NCBI GenBank assembly: GCA_973895155.1
Contig: OZ316897.1
Location: forward strand, 6,934,470 to 6,998,469
DNA from: Marsupella aquatica
Taxonomy: Eukaryota > Plantae > Marchantiophyta
Direction of reading: 5' to 3'
Length of the DNA stretch: 64,000 nt
Shown piece after piece: positions 23,460-36,883 of the stretch. The stretch's first letter is position 1, and each line of letters begins with the position of its first letter. The notes below the pieces were generated by a model. That model ran no database searches. It was given only the letters and a program-made list of their open reading frames with translations, and was not told the origin of the DNA. A program made the translations under genes and the position numbers.

Positions 23460-23744
23460 TTGTGTGACCCGGGCCAGGGTCCCCATTGGTCTATCTTGTG
23501 ACACTAAATGGTCACAAGCTAGTCGTTGTTGAATGCAGGTAAGTCATGTATGTGACTTACAATGTGACTTGTTAAAGTCATATTGCAGTCACGTAGAAAC
23601 AAGGCTAGACTCCACAATAAAGTCACAGATCAGTCACAAATGGGTATCAAGCAAGTTGCAAAGCCCAGTATCAATAGTGACTTCCATTTTTTGGTCTCAA
23701 ATGAGACATAATGCGGTCTCAATTCACCCCGGATTCTTCTAGTG
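23460..23744 (+). mobile_element. CACTA element B 3' terminus with subterminal repeats
   Basis: Ends CCCCGGATTCTTCTAGTG; repeated AGTCAC/GTGACT motifs in both orientations. Confidence 0.75.
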
Positions 23745-24058
23745 GGACGAGCACAACGGCCAAACCCTCGTGAAACAGATAGGGTTGAGGTTAGTAGAAA
23801 CCGGGGCAATTTAGACCAAACCTTATAGGACTATGCCCACTAAGTCCTTTTTCCATACTTAAAATGACTCACACCCATCGCACCGATTTTGTTGAAGACT
23901 AGAAAAGGCTATGAGTGTTTTATGGTTTACTAAAAGACTATGAAAGTAACCTTGCTACTTTGTGAAAGGTGAATAGTCTAGCACATCATGGGTTTTATTG
24001 TTGGCTTTTGATAATGGTCATGGGGGGTGCACAACTGATGTTTTGACCTCTGAACCAA

Positions 24059-27000
24059 TGTGATGCCTAGCCAAGAATCACTAGGCTGGTTTACATGGTA
24101 AAAGCAGGAGTGTACCCTGGAAACACCTTAGTATAGTAACAAGACAAGGAAAATATAAACAATTAAGGGTGACTATGGAACCCGGGCCGAAGCCGGAAGT
24201 AAGGACGTCGGGGGAGAGAACACGATTAGGGTTAGGGCGCGCTAAGCGTCGGCGGCTAGGGGTGACCAACGGGAGGGAAGACCAGAGGAGGAGAGGGGTA
24301 AGGACCGCTCGCAAGGAATAGTGGCTCATTTGCAAGAACGAACTGGGCAGATGACTACGGGAGACCAAATGCTGTCAGCTGCTTAGGCAAGCACTCGGGG
24401 TGGGAACAGATACCAACGATCAACTCAAGGAGGGTATGAGCAACGTCAATCAAGCGGCACATTTTTGGGGATGCCTGTTCGAACGGGCAGGTGAGTACGT
24501 TAGGACTTACGAGGACGAAGAATCGGAGAGAGCAACTCGAGAACGGCAGGAGCTCGCTCGGCTCTAGGAACTGCAGAAGATGGCTTTCTTAGGAGGAGAA
24601 CTTATCAAGGCCAAGTTCTTGTGGACTCCTACTGCCAATCAGCTCGACGACCTTCTGTTTTGCGAAAACAGAATTGTCGGCATCCGGGAAGCCATCAATC
24701 GCTACAATGACCTACACTGGGAGTTGAAGGGTAACACGGAGGGGTGGACAAAGGCAACCTTGCTAGGAGAAACATCCACGGGAGCCGAGATGAAGAGGAA
24801 AGGAAACATCAATGAAGAGGCCACCCCAAAAAAAAGAACAAGGTCGGCGGCACCAAGGAAGCTAGTAGAGCAACAGGGCAGGAGGCAGGGAGAAGCCAAA
24901 GAGGAAGAGGTCGATCCCATCAATGCCATTCCAACAAACGATGACACCTGGAAAGGCTGGGCGGCGACCCTACCAGAGGAAATGCAATTACACTTTGCAC
25001 GGGAGGAGGATGCATGCTTTACAGCCATGCAGACCAAGAAGTACCAGGGCTTCATGGCCGGATCCGGCTTGGAAGCCTTCGTAAGATTACCATGGCTGAA
25101 GTCGGAGGTGCCGGACTCAGACTTATTAGAATTCGTGGGATCATGGGAACCCGAGACCAATTCCACGAGGGTGTATGGGAAGGATTTCTATCTCACCCCC
25201 CGGGTGATTGCTGAGGTGTTTGGCTTGCCGATGGGTAATAAGACCAAGGTTGATACCAGGAAGACCTTACCTGACAAGGAGTTCCGGTCATTCCCAGGAC
25301 CATCAACAAAGAATGGCTTCTTCCGGAACACCTGCACCAACCCGCACATCGGAGAGATGATCGATTTCTTGCGGGTGACCATGCATTGTAACTTGCCGAG
25401 GGCAGAGATCGGCAAGGCTCAGGTCTACCTGGCGGAAAGGCCAGACCCAAGCCGGGATTACAATGGGTACCTCCTCAACCAACTGAAGAAGATCTTGAAG
25501 GAGGAACAGCAGGTGATCGGCGTGGGAAGCGTGTCCCGGCTTGGCTATCACATGCTGTTGTTGTGCCGGTATGCCAAAAGTCAAATCTTTGCCCCAGTAC
25601 TTCCCCTATCGGCAAGGGCACCGGAGGAGGTCCCGGAGCAGAGTTCGGCACCAGAGAAGCCCAACCAGCCCGACAGTCCGACGATCGAGCAGGTGTTTAG
25701 GCCAAGGAAAGAAGACTTGCTGATGCAGCAACCAGGCATGCAAAATCTGCTGAAATTGCTGGAGAAGGAAAAGAGAATGGTTCCGACAACAGCAACGGCA
25801 ACGGCAACGGCAACGGCACAGGACGCTGCCCCAGAGGTCGGCCTAAGCCGACTCAGAAGGGAAGACCCCTTTACCGGAACCAAGGAGAGATTGAGGCCGG
25901 AACACAAGCCGGGAGTGCGAATGTATGTGGGAGCCTCAAGCCCCGAATCAGAGGCAGAGGAGCCGGGAGTCCAAGTAGTGGAGGAGGCGGTGGAGGACTA
26001 CAGCAATGATAACTCCGGCTATGGGTCGGATCATCATGTTCCAGGAGTAAGGACCTATGGCCGATTTATCCCCACGCTTCCAAGAGTAGTTCAAGGGGAC
26101 CCCATCCAGCAGAGTAACCCCGAGTCTCCCCCACCAGAGGTTGCTCCCCCGAGCTTTGACGGCATAAAGCAGACGGCACAAGAATTTCAGGAGCGACTTA
26201 GGGAGGAAGAGAAGGCAGCCCTGGCTAGGGAGAAGGATTTACCAGGAGGAGATTGGCCGGAGGACATAAGGCGGCTTGCCGAAAAAAGAAGCAACCCTCT
26301 TGCCACCGTAGAAGAAATCCACAAGACGGCTTGGGAGCAGAGGCCGCGGTGGTTGATGCCGATGACTTCTAGTTACTCCACCTATGCTAAGGATAGAGCC
26401 ATGGAGTACGGGGAGATGTGTGGGGACCTGGCGCTCAGCATCTTTGGGGAGGAGTTGGAGCAGGGACTCTTTTTCCAGAGGGAGATGATGGAAAAGCACC
26501 GATTAGAAGAAGCGGTGACTTTGGGGAGAAGCAAGAAGGACGAGGTCATCCGACGGCTTAGGGAGAAGGAAGCCGAGGTGGAAGTCCTGCAGGCGGCCAA
26601 GAAAGCCCAAGATGAGTTGCGGATTAAGCGACATGAGCTAAACATCATGTAGGGGCAGTTGGATACCGCTAAGTCTGACAATCAGATTATCAAAGATAAA
26701 CTGACTCGGACCCAAGGAGAGTTGGCCGGCGCAGTCAAAGAAAGAGAGAAATGGAAGCGGGAGCTAAGGGACGCAGAGGAGGCCCATTTAACCGCCAACA
26801 ACTGGACCATGGCGGAGACTCAGAGAAGGGAGAGGGCGTTGAAAGGAGAGCTCAAAGATATCCGTGGAGCCCTTGCGCAGAAGGAAGCAGAGTTAGGGAA
26901 ATCTTATCAAGGGATTATTATGCTGCAGCAGGAGCTACCTTAAAGAAAGAATTGGAGGAAGCCAATAAGGAGCTGGAGGAGGTGCGCAAGGACCTGGACG

Positions 27001-28544
27001 AGACCCAGGAGGAGTTGGAGGAAATCATGAGGAAGATGGAGAACCTACAGTGGCGGGCCGACAACCAAACGGAGTGGCTGAAGACACAAGCCGCAGTATT
27101 TAAATGCTTGGCTTCATCAGGTCCAACTCCAATTGGGGGAAACCAGTTACCAGGGGTAGTATTGGCCGAAGGACAAGCCGTAACACTCACCCCGGTGCCG
27201 GAGGTAAGTGGCAAGGGGAAGGAACCGGCTGTCGAAATAGGGAAGAAGAAGAAGCGAAAACCTTCTTGGTCTGGGAGTTATATGGCTTCTCAAGCCGTTG
27301 TGACCGAGAAGATAAACCCGGCACCAACCTCCGGTATCGGCACGGCGGTGGATCCACCAGTCCTAGGAAGTGGAGATGGCAAGGCCGAGGCCGGGAGAAC
27401 CAGTGCTGCCGAGGTACCGGATCCTCCACTAGAACATGTCGGGGAGGCCGTAGCTGTGGCAGAGGCCGTGACCAATGCTGAGGCTAAAGCCGAGGGTGGA
27501 CCCAGTCAGGCCGATGAAGAGTTGACTCGGTCAGGGGCAGGTAATCTGTCAGAAGATGGACCAACGGCAGTGGCTGCGGAGGAAGCGTTGGGGGCGTCCA
27601 TTGAGGACCAGCCACCGGTGTCGTGATGGTGTAAGGGCGCCGTCCCTTTTAGGGAGGGCGGACGTGGAGGTAGGAGGCGTGAGTGGGCAGGGCGAGCGCT
27701 GATCTCCAAGTTTAGACTTCGGATCAGGACCAGGAGATGGCCCTGACACTTAGATTAGTGGGATTTCGGATCCATGGGTGTGGACGACACTTGTCCTCCT
27801 GCCTCGCTGTACATAGGTAGATTACAGTTAGGTAGATTACAGTAGGTAGATTAGGCTTACGCTGCAAGGAATCAGGCGGATCCACAACCAGGATAAGTAC
27901 CTGGGCTGCGGGGAGTTCAGGGCCTCTTCTTTAGCAAGTTTTTAGTTGCACCAGCAGGGCTGGGATCAAGTAGTAAGAGAAGCTCTCGGTTAGTTATACA
28001 GTGACCCTTGTGTATATTCATGTTTCCTCATGCCTAAGAGCTGAATAGAGTTGGCTTCACGGCTTAGTTCGCAGAGCTTGTGTATGAGATGTACTGTTTG
28101 TATTACAAGTGCATGGTATAACTCAGTCAGAAGGAGTCATTTTGCTATATGTGTGTGTCGCATTAACTTGTGTGAAGAGTGCCCACATCAACAAGTAGAA
28201 GGGAAGTAAGCAAGGGAGTGAGAGTTGGATGTGTCGAGCTGAGAGAGGTCTTAGCGGCTTAACCAAGCCAATTGGGGATCATTCCGACGGCGGAATCCAA
28301 ATATACCTAACCAACAGGAGGGAAAGACAAGAGAAGGCCTAGATTAGGCCGACTACGTATCCCATGACCCGATGAAGGATCTGTCCAATATATGTGTGTA
28401 AAATGTTAATAGTAGTAGTAGAAGGAAGTTAGCAGCGTCCCATGCCGCTAAGCCGTGGAAACGGCCTCGCCAAGCATGAAACCTGCGGGAATCAGCTTGT
28501 GCGGGGGGGTTTCTTGGGTTTGGGGAGCCATGGGACGCACCACA
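24059..28544 (+). mobile_element. Family 1 solo LTR, 4486 bp, TSD ACCAA
   Basis: ACCAA at 24054-24058 and 28545-28549; TG...CA; no PBS or PPT next to it. Confidence 0.96.
24436..27626 (+). pseudogene. LTR-encoded accessory gene in the solo LTR (stops and a frameshifting deletion near 26937)
   Basis: ORFs 24580-26652, 26659-26943 and 26751-27626 match the 58428-62000 protein. Confidence 0.9.
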
Positions 28545-31314
28545 ACCAACATCCCCGCTATAATGGTACTCAATTTGGACAATGTTCACTTATGTTCAAG
28601 AGGGGTAATTGTATAAAGAGGATGATAGCAAGGGGCACAACTCATTAAATGGCCTTATTTGTGACCAAAAAGGTTTTGGGTTTAATGAAGTTTAGTTCAT
28701 GTTTAATTTAGGGTTAAGGACACTACAATAATATGTCACTCAGAACACTTTAGTTTATGGAGGGTGGACTACGGAGGGAGGGTCAAGATATTCTTGGCCA
28801 TTACTAAATCCATCTATAAAAGGCCAAGATGCACAAAGGTAGATTTGTACCGGTCCTTTTTCATACCTTAGAGCTAGGTCACGTTCTTGCACCGGGAATA
28901 TTGCATTTTAGGACCGGATATAATGTTGGGCAACCTTAATCCTGATTACGGCACAATTGTATGCCACTACCGACCATGTATGTGCAAATATGATCATTGT
29001 TTGCCTTCTTAGTGTTTAGGGTGTTTGCCTTGTTGGGGTCTAGGATTGTTGCCAAATTAGTGTTTAGGACACTCTATTTAATCAGGCTACCATACCACTA
29101 ATTCATGAACCCACATTTAGAGTACTAGTGTTTAGAGACCATTCATTGCCAACATATGCTTACGTGCTCAACAACTCACCCCAACGGTATAGGGCTTCCT
29201 TCCCCTAATTCTGTTTAAGGGCGTGGGGGGTTTACGATTAACTTTTGGGCCGGACTAAGTACAGACTACATGGGCAAGGTGCGGGAGAATTCATCGTGAC
29301 TTGTGGCCTAAAAAAGGCGGTGGGGTCTTGGGTCGGGTGTTCGGGGTTTTGCCAAAGGGTTTTTCATTCGCAGTTGTGCTTTCTCGATCCATACACCTTC
29401 ATGTTGCCCTAAGTGTGCACTCTTGCCATCCTGAGCACCTCATGCAAGTTGTGAGCAGTTGCATCCTCCTGCTGTAAGTGTATTGATCTGCCTAGTGTTC
29501 AAATGCAAAGCTGCTTGCGTCTACTCCCTATGTTGGTTGAATGTCAGATAGCAATGTCCTGTGACAATTGAAGATTGCCCTTACCTTTTACCGCCATTGC
29601 TGAAGAGTGATCTACCCGGATATAGCACCTGTTTAGAGGCGTTGGGTGAACGCAGTGAATGAGATTTGTGACTTGTGCAAGGTTTAGGGCTGAACGTTTG
29701 TGAGTCAAGACCTGCAGACCACATGCGACTACAGAGGAGGCATTGGGAAGGACGTGGTGAAGCAACAAGGAGCGGCATGGGAGCTTAGAGTGGGCCAACG
29801 CCAGCTGAATACAAGGCAAAAGTTATTGCGCAAAGGTGAGAGTCTGAGTCCCCAAGTTGCTTCAGTGTCCAAGCAGGTTTTGTCTTTGCATCGGTAGCTA
29901 GAAGGTAAGCTCGGGGGTTTTACAAAGGGTAATGTTGTTAGTGTTGCAGACTTTCCCTCCTACACGTTGTGTGTCTTCATTTGCAGCTTGTTTATGGACT
30001 TGTGATCCTGTGACTGTCAAAATCCTTGTGGCCGCATCGACGACTTGACGCACGCGTTTTGTGGATGCACAGTTAGAGTAATTGCAAGTACAGCTCTCCA
30101 ACGATTGCACTTACCATGATTGACCACCTTGCATGATCTCCATCCATGGGCTGGACCCCAGGAAGTAGATTTTGGTAACTTAATTGACTTCCGTTCGCAC
30201 TGACTTCTTGCTTGACATGACTGTTTTGCTCCTCCTTGGATCCAAACATGCCTTGTGCCCCGTGCTCCACTAATTCATGAACTCATTCTCTGTCCACCCA
30301 GCTGATGTCACTAGTAGAAACCGGGGGTATTTAGACCCCATTAATGACTATTCAGTACCGTATAGGACTTGGAAACAACTGGGAAGGACTCCAGTCCTTT
30401 ATAGGACTGCGAGTCGTATGTTTTGTTACTATAATCAATTGAGTCCTTTATAGAACTGGTTTGTAAGTCGTTTAATAGACTGGATTTTCAGTCTATTGTA
30501 GTCTTTGTGTGGGTAGCTTTGGTGAGTCGTTTTCAGTCTTTTATAGGCTACGATGGTGAGTCGTTCGGATTGACTAAAAAGGTTATGGAGGGTAGTCTTT
30601 AAATATACTTTGTGGGTTTATAAAACGACTAAAGTAAACACTTTGTGGGGTATGTATAAGTCTTTCATGTCAACTGGATATGAGTGATGAAGACCCCACT
30701 ATACTACTTGGAATGAACTCACTCTTGTGCACAAATAACACATTCCATTCATGTTTTATTGTGTACTTGGAATGAACTCACTCTATAAGCTCACCATTCA
30801 TCATGATAACATTAGAACACATAGAGTTTCAGAAAGCCATCTTCTACACCATGTACACTAATATGAATTCACAGATTCAAACATCATAGACTACAAAGAA
30901 GGTCACAAAGTATTCCTCTATACCATACACACTATTACTGCAATGATACAAAACAGATTCAAGTATCATAGACAATCACCATAGAGCCATAGTTTGACAT
31001 CAATCACTTGTTTCATACATACAGAATTCAGAAATATCAATGTCACACAGGCTCCTTCATCCTCTTTACCAAATGGAAAAATTGGTACAGGTATTTCTTG
31101 GATCTTTCCAAGGCAATGTCAAAATGTGACACAATTCACATGATTCTATCTACCCTTGCATTTAGTCATTGCAGACTAACACACTCTGATGGCCAGAGCA
31201 TAAGAGATCCTATTGCATCTGCAATTATTTCCTGAGGTGGATCATCGTCTCTATTCAGAAATGGCAAATTACAATCAGATACAATCACTGTATTCAACAA
31301 CACTACTACATGGT

Positions 31315-34007
31315 TGTGGTGCGTCCCATGGCTCCCTAAACCCCAGAAACCCCCCTTCACAAGCCGATTCCCGCAGGTTTTGCGCTTGGCGAGGCCGTTT
31401 TCACGGCTTAGTGGCATGGGACGCTGCTAACCTCCTTCTACTACTACTATTAATATTTTACACACATATACTGGACAGATCCTTCATCGGGTCATGAGAT
31501 ACGTAGTCGGCCTAATCTAGGCCTTCCCTTGTCTTCCTCTCCTTCTTGTTAGGTATATTTGGATTCCGCCGCCGGAATGATCCCCAATAGGCTTGGTTAA
31601 GCCGCTAAGACCTCTCTCAGCTCGACACATCCAACTCTCACTCCCTTGCTTACTTTCCTTCATCTATTAGTTGATGTGGGCACTCTTCACACAAGTTAAT
31701 GCGACACACAAATAGCAAAATGACTCCTGACTGAGTCATACCATGCACTTGCCATACAAACAGTACATCTCATACACAAGCTCTACGAACTAAGCCGTGA
31801 GGCCAACTCTATTCAGCTCTTAGGCATGAGGAAACATGAATATACACAAGGGTCACTGTATGACTAACCGAGAGCTTCTCTTACTATTTGAACCCAGCCC
31901 GGCTGGTGCAACTAAAAACTTGCAAAAGAAGAGGCCCTGAGCTCCCCGCTGCCCAAGTACTTATCCTGGTAGTGGATCCACCTAATTCTTTGTAGCGTAA
32001 GCCTAATCTACCAAACTGAATCTACCTAATTGTAATCTACCTATGTACAATGAGGTAGGAGTACAAGTGTTGCTCTTACCAGTGGAACCGCAATCCCACT
32101 AAGCTAAGTGTCAGGGCCGCCTCCTGATCCTAATCCTAAACTTAGAGATCTGAGCCCGCCCTACCCACTCACGCCTCCTCCCTCCACGTCCACCCTCCTT
32201 GAAAGGAGCGGCCCTCCACCACCGTCATGGCAGCGGTGTCTGTTCCTCAGTGGATGCCCCCAACGCTTCCTCCTCAACCACTGCCGTAGGTTCGTTCTCT
32301 GATAGATTACCTGCCCTTGACTGAGTCAACTCTCCATCAGCCTGACTGGGTCCCCCCCGGCATCGGAATTGGCATCGGCTTCAACATCAGCCTCGGCTAC
32401 GTCCTCAGCCTTGGCTACGGCCTCCCCTGCATACTCAAGTGGCGGATTGGGTACCTCGGCTTCATTACCGAGTATCCTGGCCTCGGCTTTGTCATCCCCT
32501 TCTTCTAGGGTAGTTGGATCTTCTGCCGTAACTTTGCCTGAGGTCGGTGCTGGGTTTACCTCCTTGGTCACCACGGCCTGTGGAGCCGTATTACTCCCTG
32601 ACCCTGACAGTTTCCGCTTCTTCTTCTTTTCTGGTTCGGCAGCTGGCCCCTTCCCCTTCCCACTTACTTTCGGCACTGGTGCAAATGGCACGGCTTGTCC
32701 TTCGGCCAGTACCACTCCTGGTATCTTAGTGGCCTCAATTTGAGTTGGCCCTGATGAAGCCAAGCACTTAAATATTGCGGCTTGTTTCTTCAGCCGCTCC
32801 GTTTGGTTGTCGGCTTGTCGTTGTAAGTTCTCTAGCTTTCGCGTGCTTTCCTCCAACTCTTCCTGCACTTCGCCCAGGTCCTTGCGCGCCTCCTCCAGCT
32901 CCTTCTGGGCTTCCTCCAGCTCCCTGTGGGCTTCCTCCAATTCCTTCTTAAACGCAGCTCTCTCCTCCCGGGTTGCTCTTAACTCCTTGTCGAGCTCTGC
33001 AATGATGACAGACTCCATCTGGTTCATCTTGGCGTAAGTCTGATCGAGCATATTGTCCTTCTCACGCAGGTCGGCTTTGAAGCTGGTCGTCAGGGACACA
33101 AGCTTCTACTGCAGCACAATAATCCCTTGATAGGATTTCCCTAACTCGGCCTCCTTCTGCTCAAGGGCTCCGCGGATAACCTCGAGCTCCCCCTTCAATG
33201 CCCTTTCCCTTCTCTGGGTCTCCGTCATTGCCCGATTGTTGGCTGTTATATGGGCCTCCTCTGCATCCCTCAGCTCTCGCTTCCACTTCTCCCGCTCCTT
33301 GATCGCATCGGCCAACTCTCCTTGGGTTCGAGTCAGTTTATTCTCAATAATCTGATTATCAGACTGTGCGGTATCCAATTGACCCTGCATGATATTTAGC
33401 TCATGCCGCTTAATCCGCAGCTCATCTTGGGCTTTCTTGGCCGCCCTCAGGTCTTTGATTTCGGCTTCTCTTGCCCTAAGCCGACGGATGACCTCGTCCT
33501 TCTTGCTTCTTTCCAAAGCCACCGTTTCTTCTAATTGGCCCTTCTCCAACATCTCCCTCTGAAAAAAGGGTCCTTGCTCCAACTCCTCCCCAAAGATGCT
33601 GAGCGCCAGCTCTCCACACATTTCCACGTACTCCATGGCTCTATTTTTAGCATAGGTGGAGGAAGTAGAAGTCATCAGCATCATCCACCGCGGCCTTTGT
33701 TCCCAAGCCGCCTTGCGGATCTCTTCTATTGTGGCTGGAGGGATGCTTCGTTTTTCTGCAAGCCGCCCGATGTCCTTTGGCCATTCTCCTCCTGGTAAAT
33801 CCTTCTCCCTAGCCGCCGGCACTTAGCGTGCCCTAACCCTAATCGTGTTCTCTCCCCTGGCGTCCTTACTTCCGGCCTCGGCTCGGGTTCAAAGTCACCC
33901 TTAATTGTTTATATTTTCCTTATTTATGTAACTATACTAAGGTGTTTCTAGGGTACACTTCCCTTTTCCCCTTAAACTAGCCCAGTGATTCCTGGGTAGG
34001 CATCACA
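31315..34007 (-). mobile_element. Family 1 solo LTR with ~2-kb internal deletion, TSD ATGGT
   Basis: ATGGT at 31310-31314 and 34008-34012; both termini present; deletion junction near 33810 at GGCTAGGG microhomology; keeps the coiled-coil half of the ORF. Confidence 0.95.
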
Positions 34008-34449
34008 ATGGTCATCCGAGACCACTTTGCCATGGAATTTAGCATGATCCGGTCGCAAAATGCCTGTACCCACACATACATGCGAGTCATCCTCCCATGA
34101 TAGAAGATTATGGACTAGCTCTGCTGTGGCTATCACCTCCACCTTACCCTGGCTGTTTTTCTTGGCTTTCCTGGGTGGCTTATACATGACATTATTCATA
34201 CCTTGGTTGCAAGTCATGACTTTGGCACGAGTGTTTTGTGCTGGTGATCAAGAATTGGCTACACTCTTCTTCAAAGAATCTGCATCCATATTTGACACTT
34301 CCGATTGTGTAGCAAGATTTCCCTGCGACATCATCTCAGTATCTGCCAACATTGTACTTGCTTCAATTGAAGCATCTACAATCTTACTTGCATCCAATGT
34401 TGCTCCCAAGTTTCGATGTTGCTTCACCCTGCTCCCACTTGGTTGAGAG

Positions 34450-36883
34450 TGTCACGCGATTGACATGGGTCTTAACACCAAAGACGTCACTATGGGTGCC
34501 AAAACCATCTCCTTGTACCTGAGGATCACGAAGGGATGTTGTGAAGGCCGGTAAACACCAATTTATGCCCTTAACACCAGACTATCATAGCAAAGCTCTA
34601 TCACACATCACCCAAGCTCAATCCCAAGGAACCAAGGTTGGGGATCAGATCTGCGCTCATGATAGTTCTAGTGAGAAGGGGTCTTCATATCGGGCCCGTA
34701 CACACAGGGCCTAGCGCTACGGTGCACATAGGTCTATACGTATGCTTACTGTCATAGGTATGTTTCTATTCCGCCGCCGGAATGTACCTATAAACCAGTG
34801 ACTCCTGACTGATTCCCGGCTTAGGGACTTCTAAGCCATTGCCCCACCACTCTGCCATTCCACTCTCAGCAATCAGAGCTGTGACAGCCCTCACCCAACC
34901 CACTTCAATGCACGCGGTACACCTCTCAGTGGCGCTGTTAGTCTCATCATACACTCAGATTGCCTCACACACACACATCCATGAGAGAAATGAGGCCTGA
35001 AAGGAAAACTCAATTGGATTCAAAGATGTGCACAATAGTTCACTGAGAACACTTGATCCGAACACTAGGCCCGAAGGCTATCTCCTCCAGATTGCGACGT
35101 GCTTGCCCCGCAAGCCCCGTGCTTGCCATGCAAGCTCAATCCTGAACCTGAGCCCGACTCACTCTAGATTGCGACGGCAGATTGGACTCGAACCAATCCC
35201 GTACTTGCCTTGCAAACTCAATCCTGAACTCAACCTCCTTCACTGCACTTCATTCTTGGGGGCACGTACAGATCTCACACCTCCATTTCAGAATGTCAAG
35301 TACGCATGCACAGTTGACTCGACTTCAAAGCTGGTACCAGGCCTAACGGCGATCTACCCCAGACTACAATGAGGCCCGGCCTCATGCTTGCCCTGCAAGC
35401 TCAGCTCTGGCCATAGATCCCTTAGTGCTCTCCACCAGACAAAGGCCGGGACTCCCCATGGATCACGTAGCCTTGCCAGACTGAACTGTAAATGCTCCTC
35501 CTGCTGCCCCTAAATCAGTACCTCAGCCTCCCTAATGTGCCCATCGCAAATCGCATTGAAATCCTCCCCACAGTTTACAATCACCAATACATCACCTTCA
35601 CCAAGGCTCTGTATCGGGGGAAAAGAACCCAGTTGTGTTGCCCACTAGAAAGAGCCACAATCCAGCTCGCAAACCTAGCAACCCGTTGCTGTGAAGCTTG
35701 GCTGATTACTCCCTGAGTAATAGCACAACCAAGCTCTCCCCAACACGCAGCGTCCAAGTCCAGCCTTGCTTGCACAAAGCTCCTCCCTGCTGCTCAGTCT
35801 AAGTGAGATCACACAACTGAAGTTCGCCCCCCTGCCTCTACCGGAGGGCTGCTCTATATACTCTCTCATTGAGCCCAAATGGGTGGATGCTACGCTGCTG
35901 GAGCCCCATCCCAGCCCTAACAGAGCCGCCACTATCTCTAACTACTGAACCCTAACTCGCAACTTTATTTCTATCTCGAATTGGCTATGTACTTCGGATT
36001 TGGCCCTCCTCCATGGTTTTCGCGAGCTTACGCCTCCTCTCCTGATTTCTGTATTCAACCATTTGCTGCGTGGATAACAACGTTGGAAGCGGCTTGAGCT
36101 CCTCTTTCCAACGAGGTCAATTATAGCCGATTTGGTCAAATACACAGAGAGTTATGCCCCCGTAACCGAGAGGGGGTACTCACTGTTGCGCTAACCCGAG
36201 TTACATAGCTAACCCGAGTTCGGCTAACCTAGCTATCCTATCTAACCCGAGTAGAGCTAACCCGTGGTCTCGGGTTAGGCCGCTACCCGCTATCCGCTAT
36301 CCGCTATCCTAGCCTAAGCTGAGCCCGAACCCGAGCTTACCTATGCTAACCTGAGCCCGAGTTTAGGCTAACCCGGGATCAATCTAATCCGAACCCGGGT
36401 TAAGCCTAAGCTGAAGCCGTGCTTACCTGAGCTAAGCTGAAGCCGTGCTGACCTAAGCTAAGCTGAAGCCGTGCTGACCTGAGCTAAGCTGAAGCCGTGC
36501 TCACATAAGCTAAGCCGTGGTCGAGCTTGGGTTAACCCGAAACTGAAGCCGAATCCGCTAATTCCGGCCACAAGTTAACCCGTCACACTAATCAGACCGT
36601 ATCTTTCTTAATACACCTCCGTTTCCCGAGTATTTTATATCGATTTTACTCGCCTTGACCAGATCTTTCCAATGCTCTTTACAGATCCGGATTTGGTGAC
36701 ATATTGAAAGAGATATGGTCGCCGACCACCTGCGACATAGCTTTTATTTCCCTACTCTTAACGCCATGATTGCCCTTATTCTTGCCATCTTGCTAATTGT
36801 TATGCAATATCAATAGCTACTCCTTGCATACAGCAACCTACTTAATCAGATTACAAAATAAGGACCATGTCATTGGCGTCACA
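34450..36883 (-). mobile_element. Family 2 solo LTR, 2434 bp, TSD GAGAG
   Basis: TGTCACG...GGCGTCACA; GAGAG at 34445-34449 and 36884-36888; inverted copy at 41158-43547. Confidence 0.93.
36190..36560. repeat. Short tandem repeat block in the family 2 LTR (AACCCGAG, CCGCTAT, CTAAGCTGAAGCCGTGCT units)
   Basis: Visible repeats; copy number differs from the homologous block at 41470-41810. Confidence 0.8.

Larger units (their letters stand above)
23792..29467 (+). mobile_element. CACTA element D terminal region (first CAC missing), split by a solo LTR
   Basis: TAGTAGAAACCGGGGCAATTTAGACC at 23792; continuous inverted homology to 20215-21308 across the LTR insertion. Confidence 0.75.

Noticed and set aside
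35028-35372. 114-aa ORF also present at 42622-42966
   Set aside because: Antisense to the inferred LTR orientation, no recognisable domain; retention is explained by recent common ancestry
36190-36560. CRISPR-like array
   Set aside because: Adjacent tandem units without unique spacers, inside an LTR, eukaryotic context
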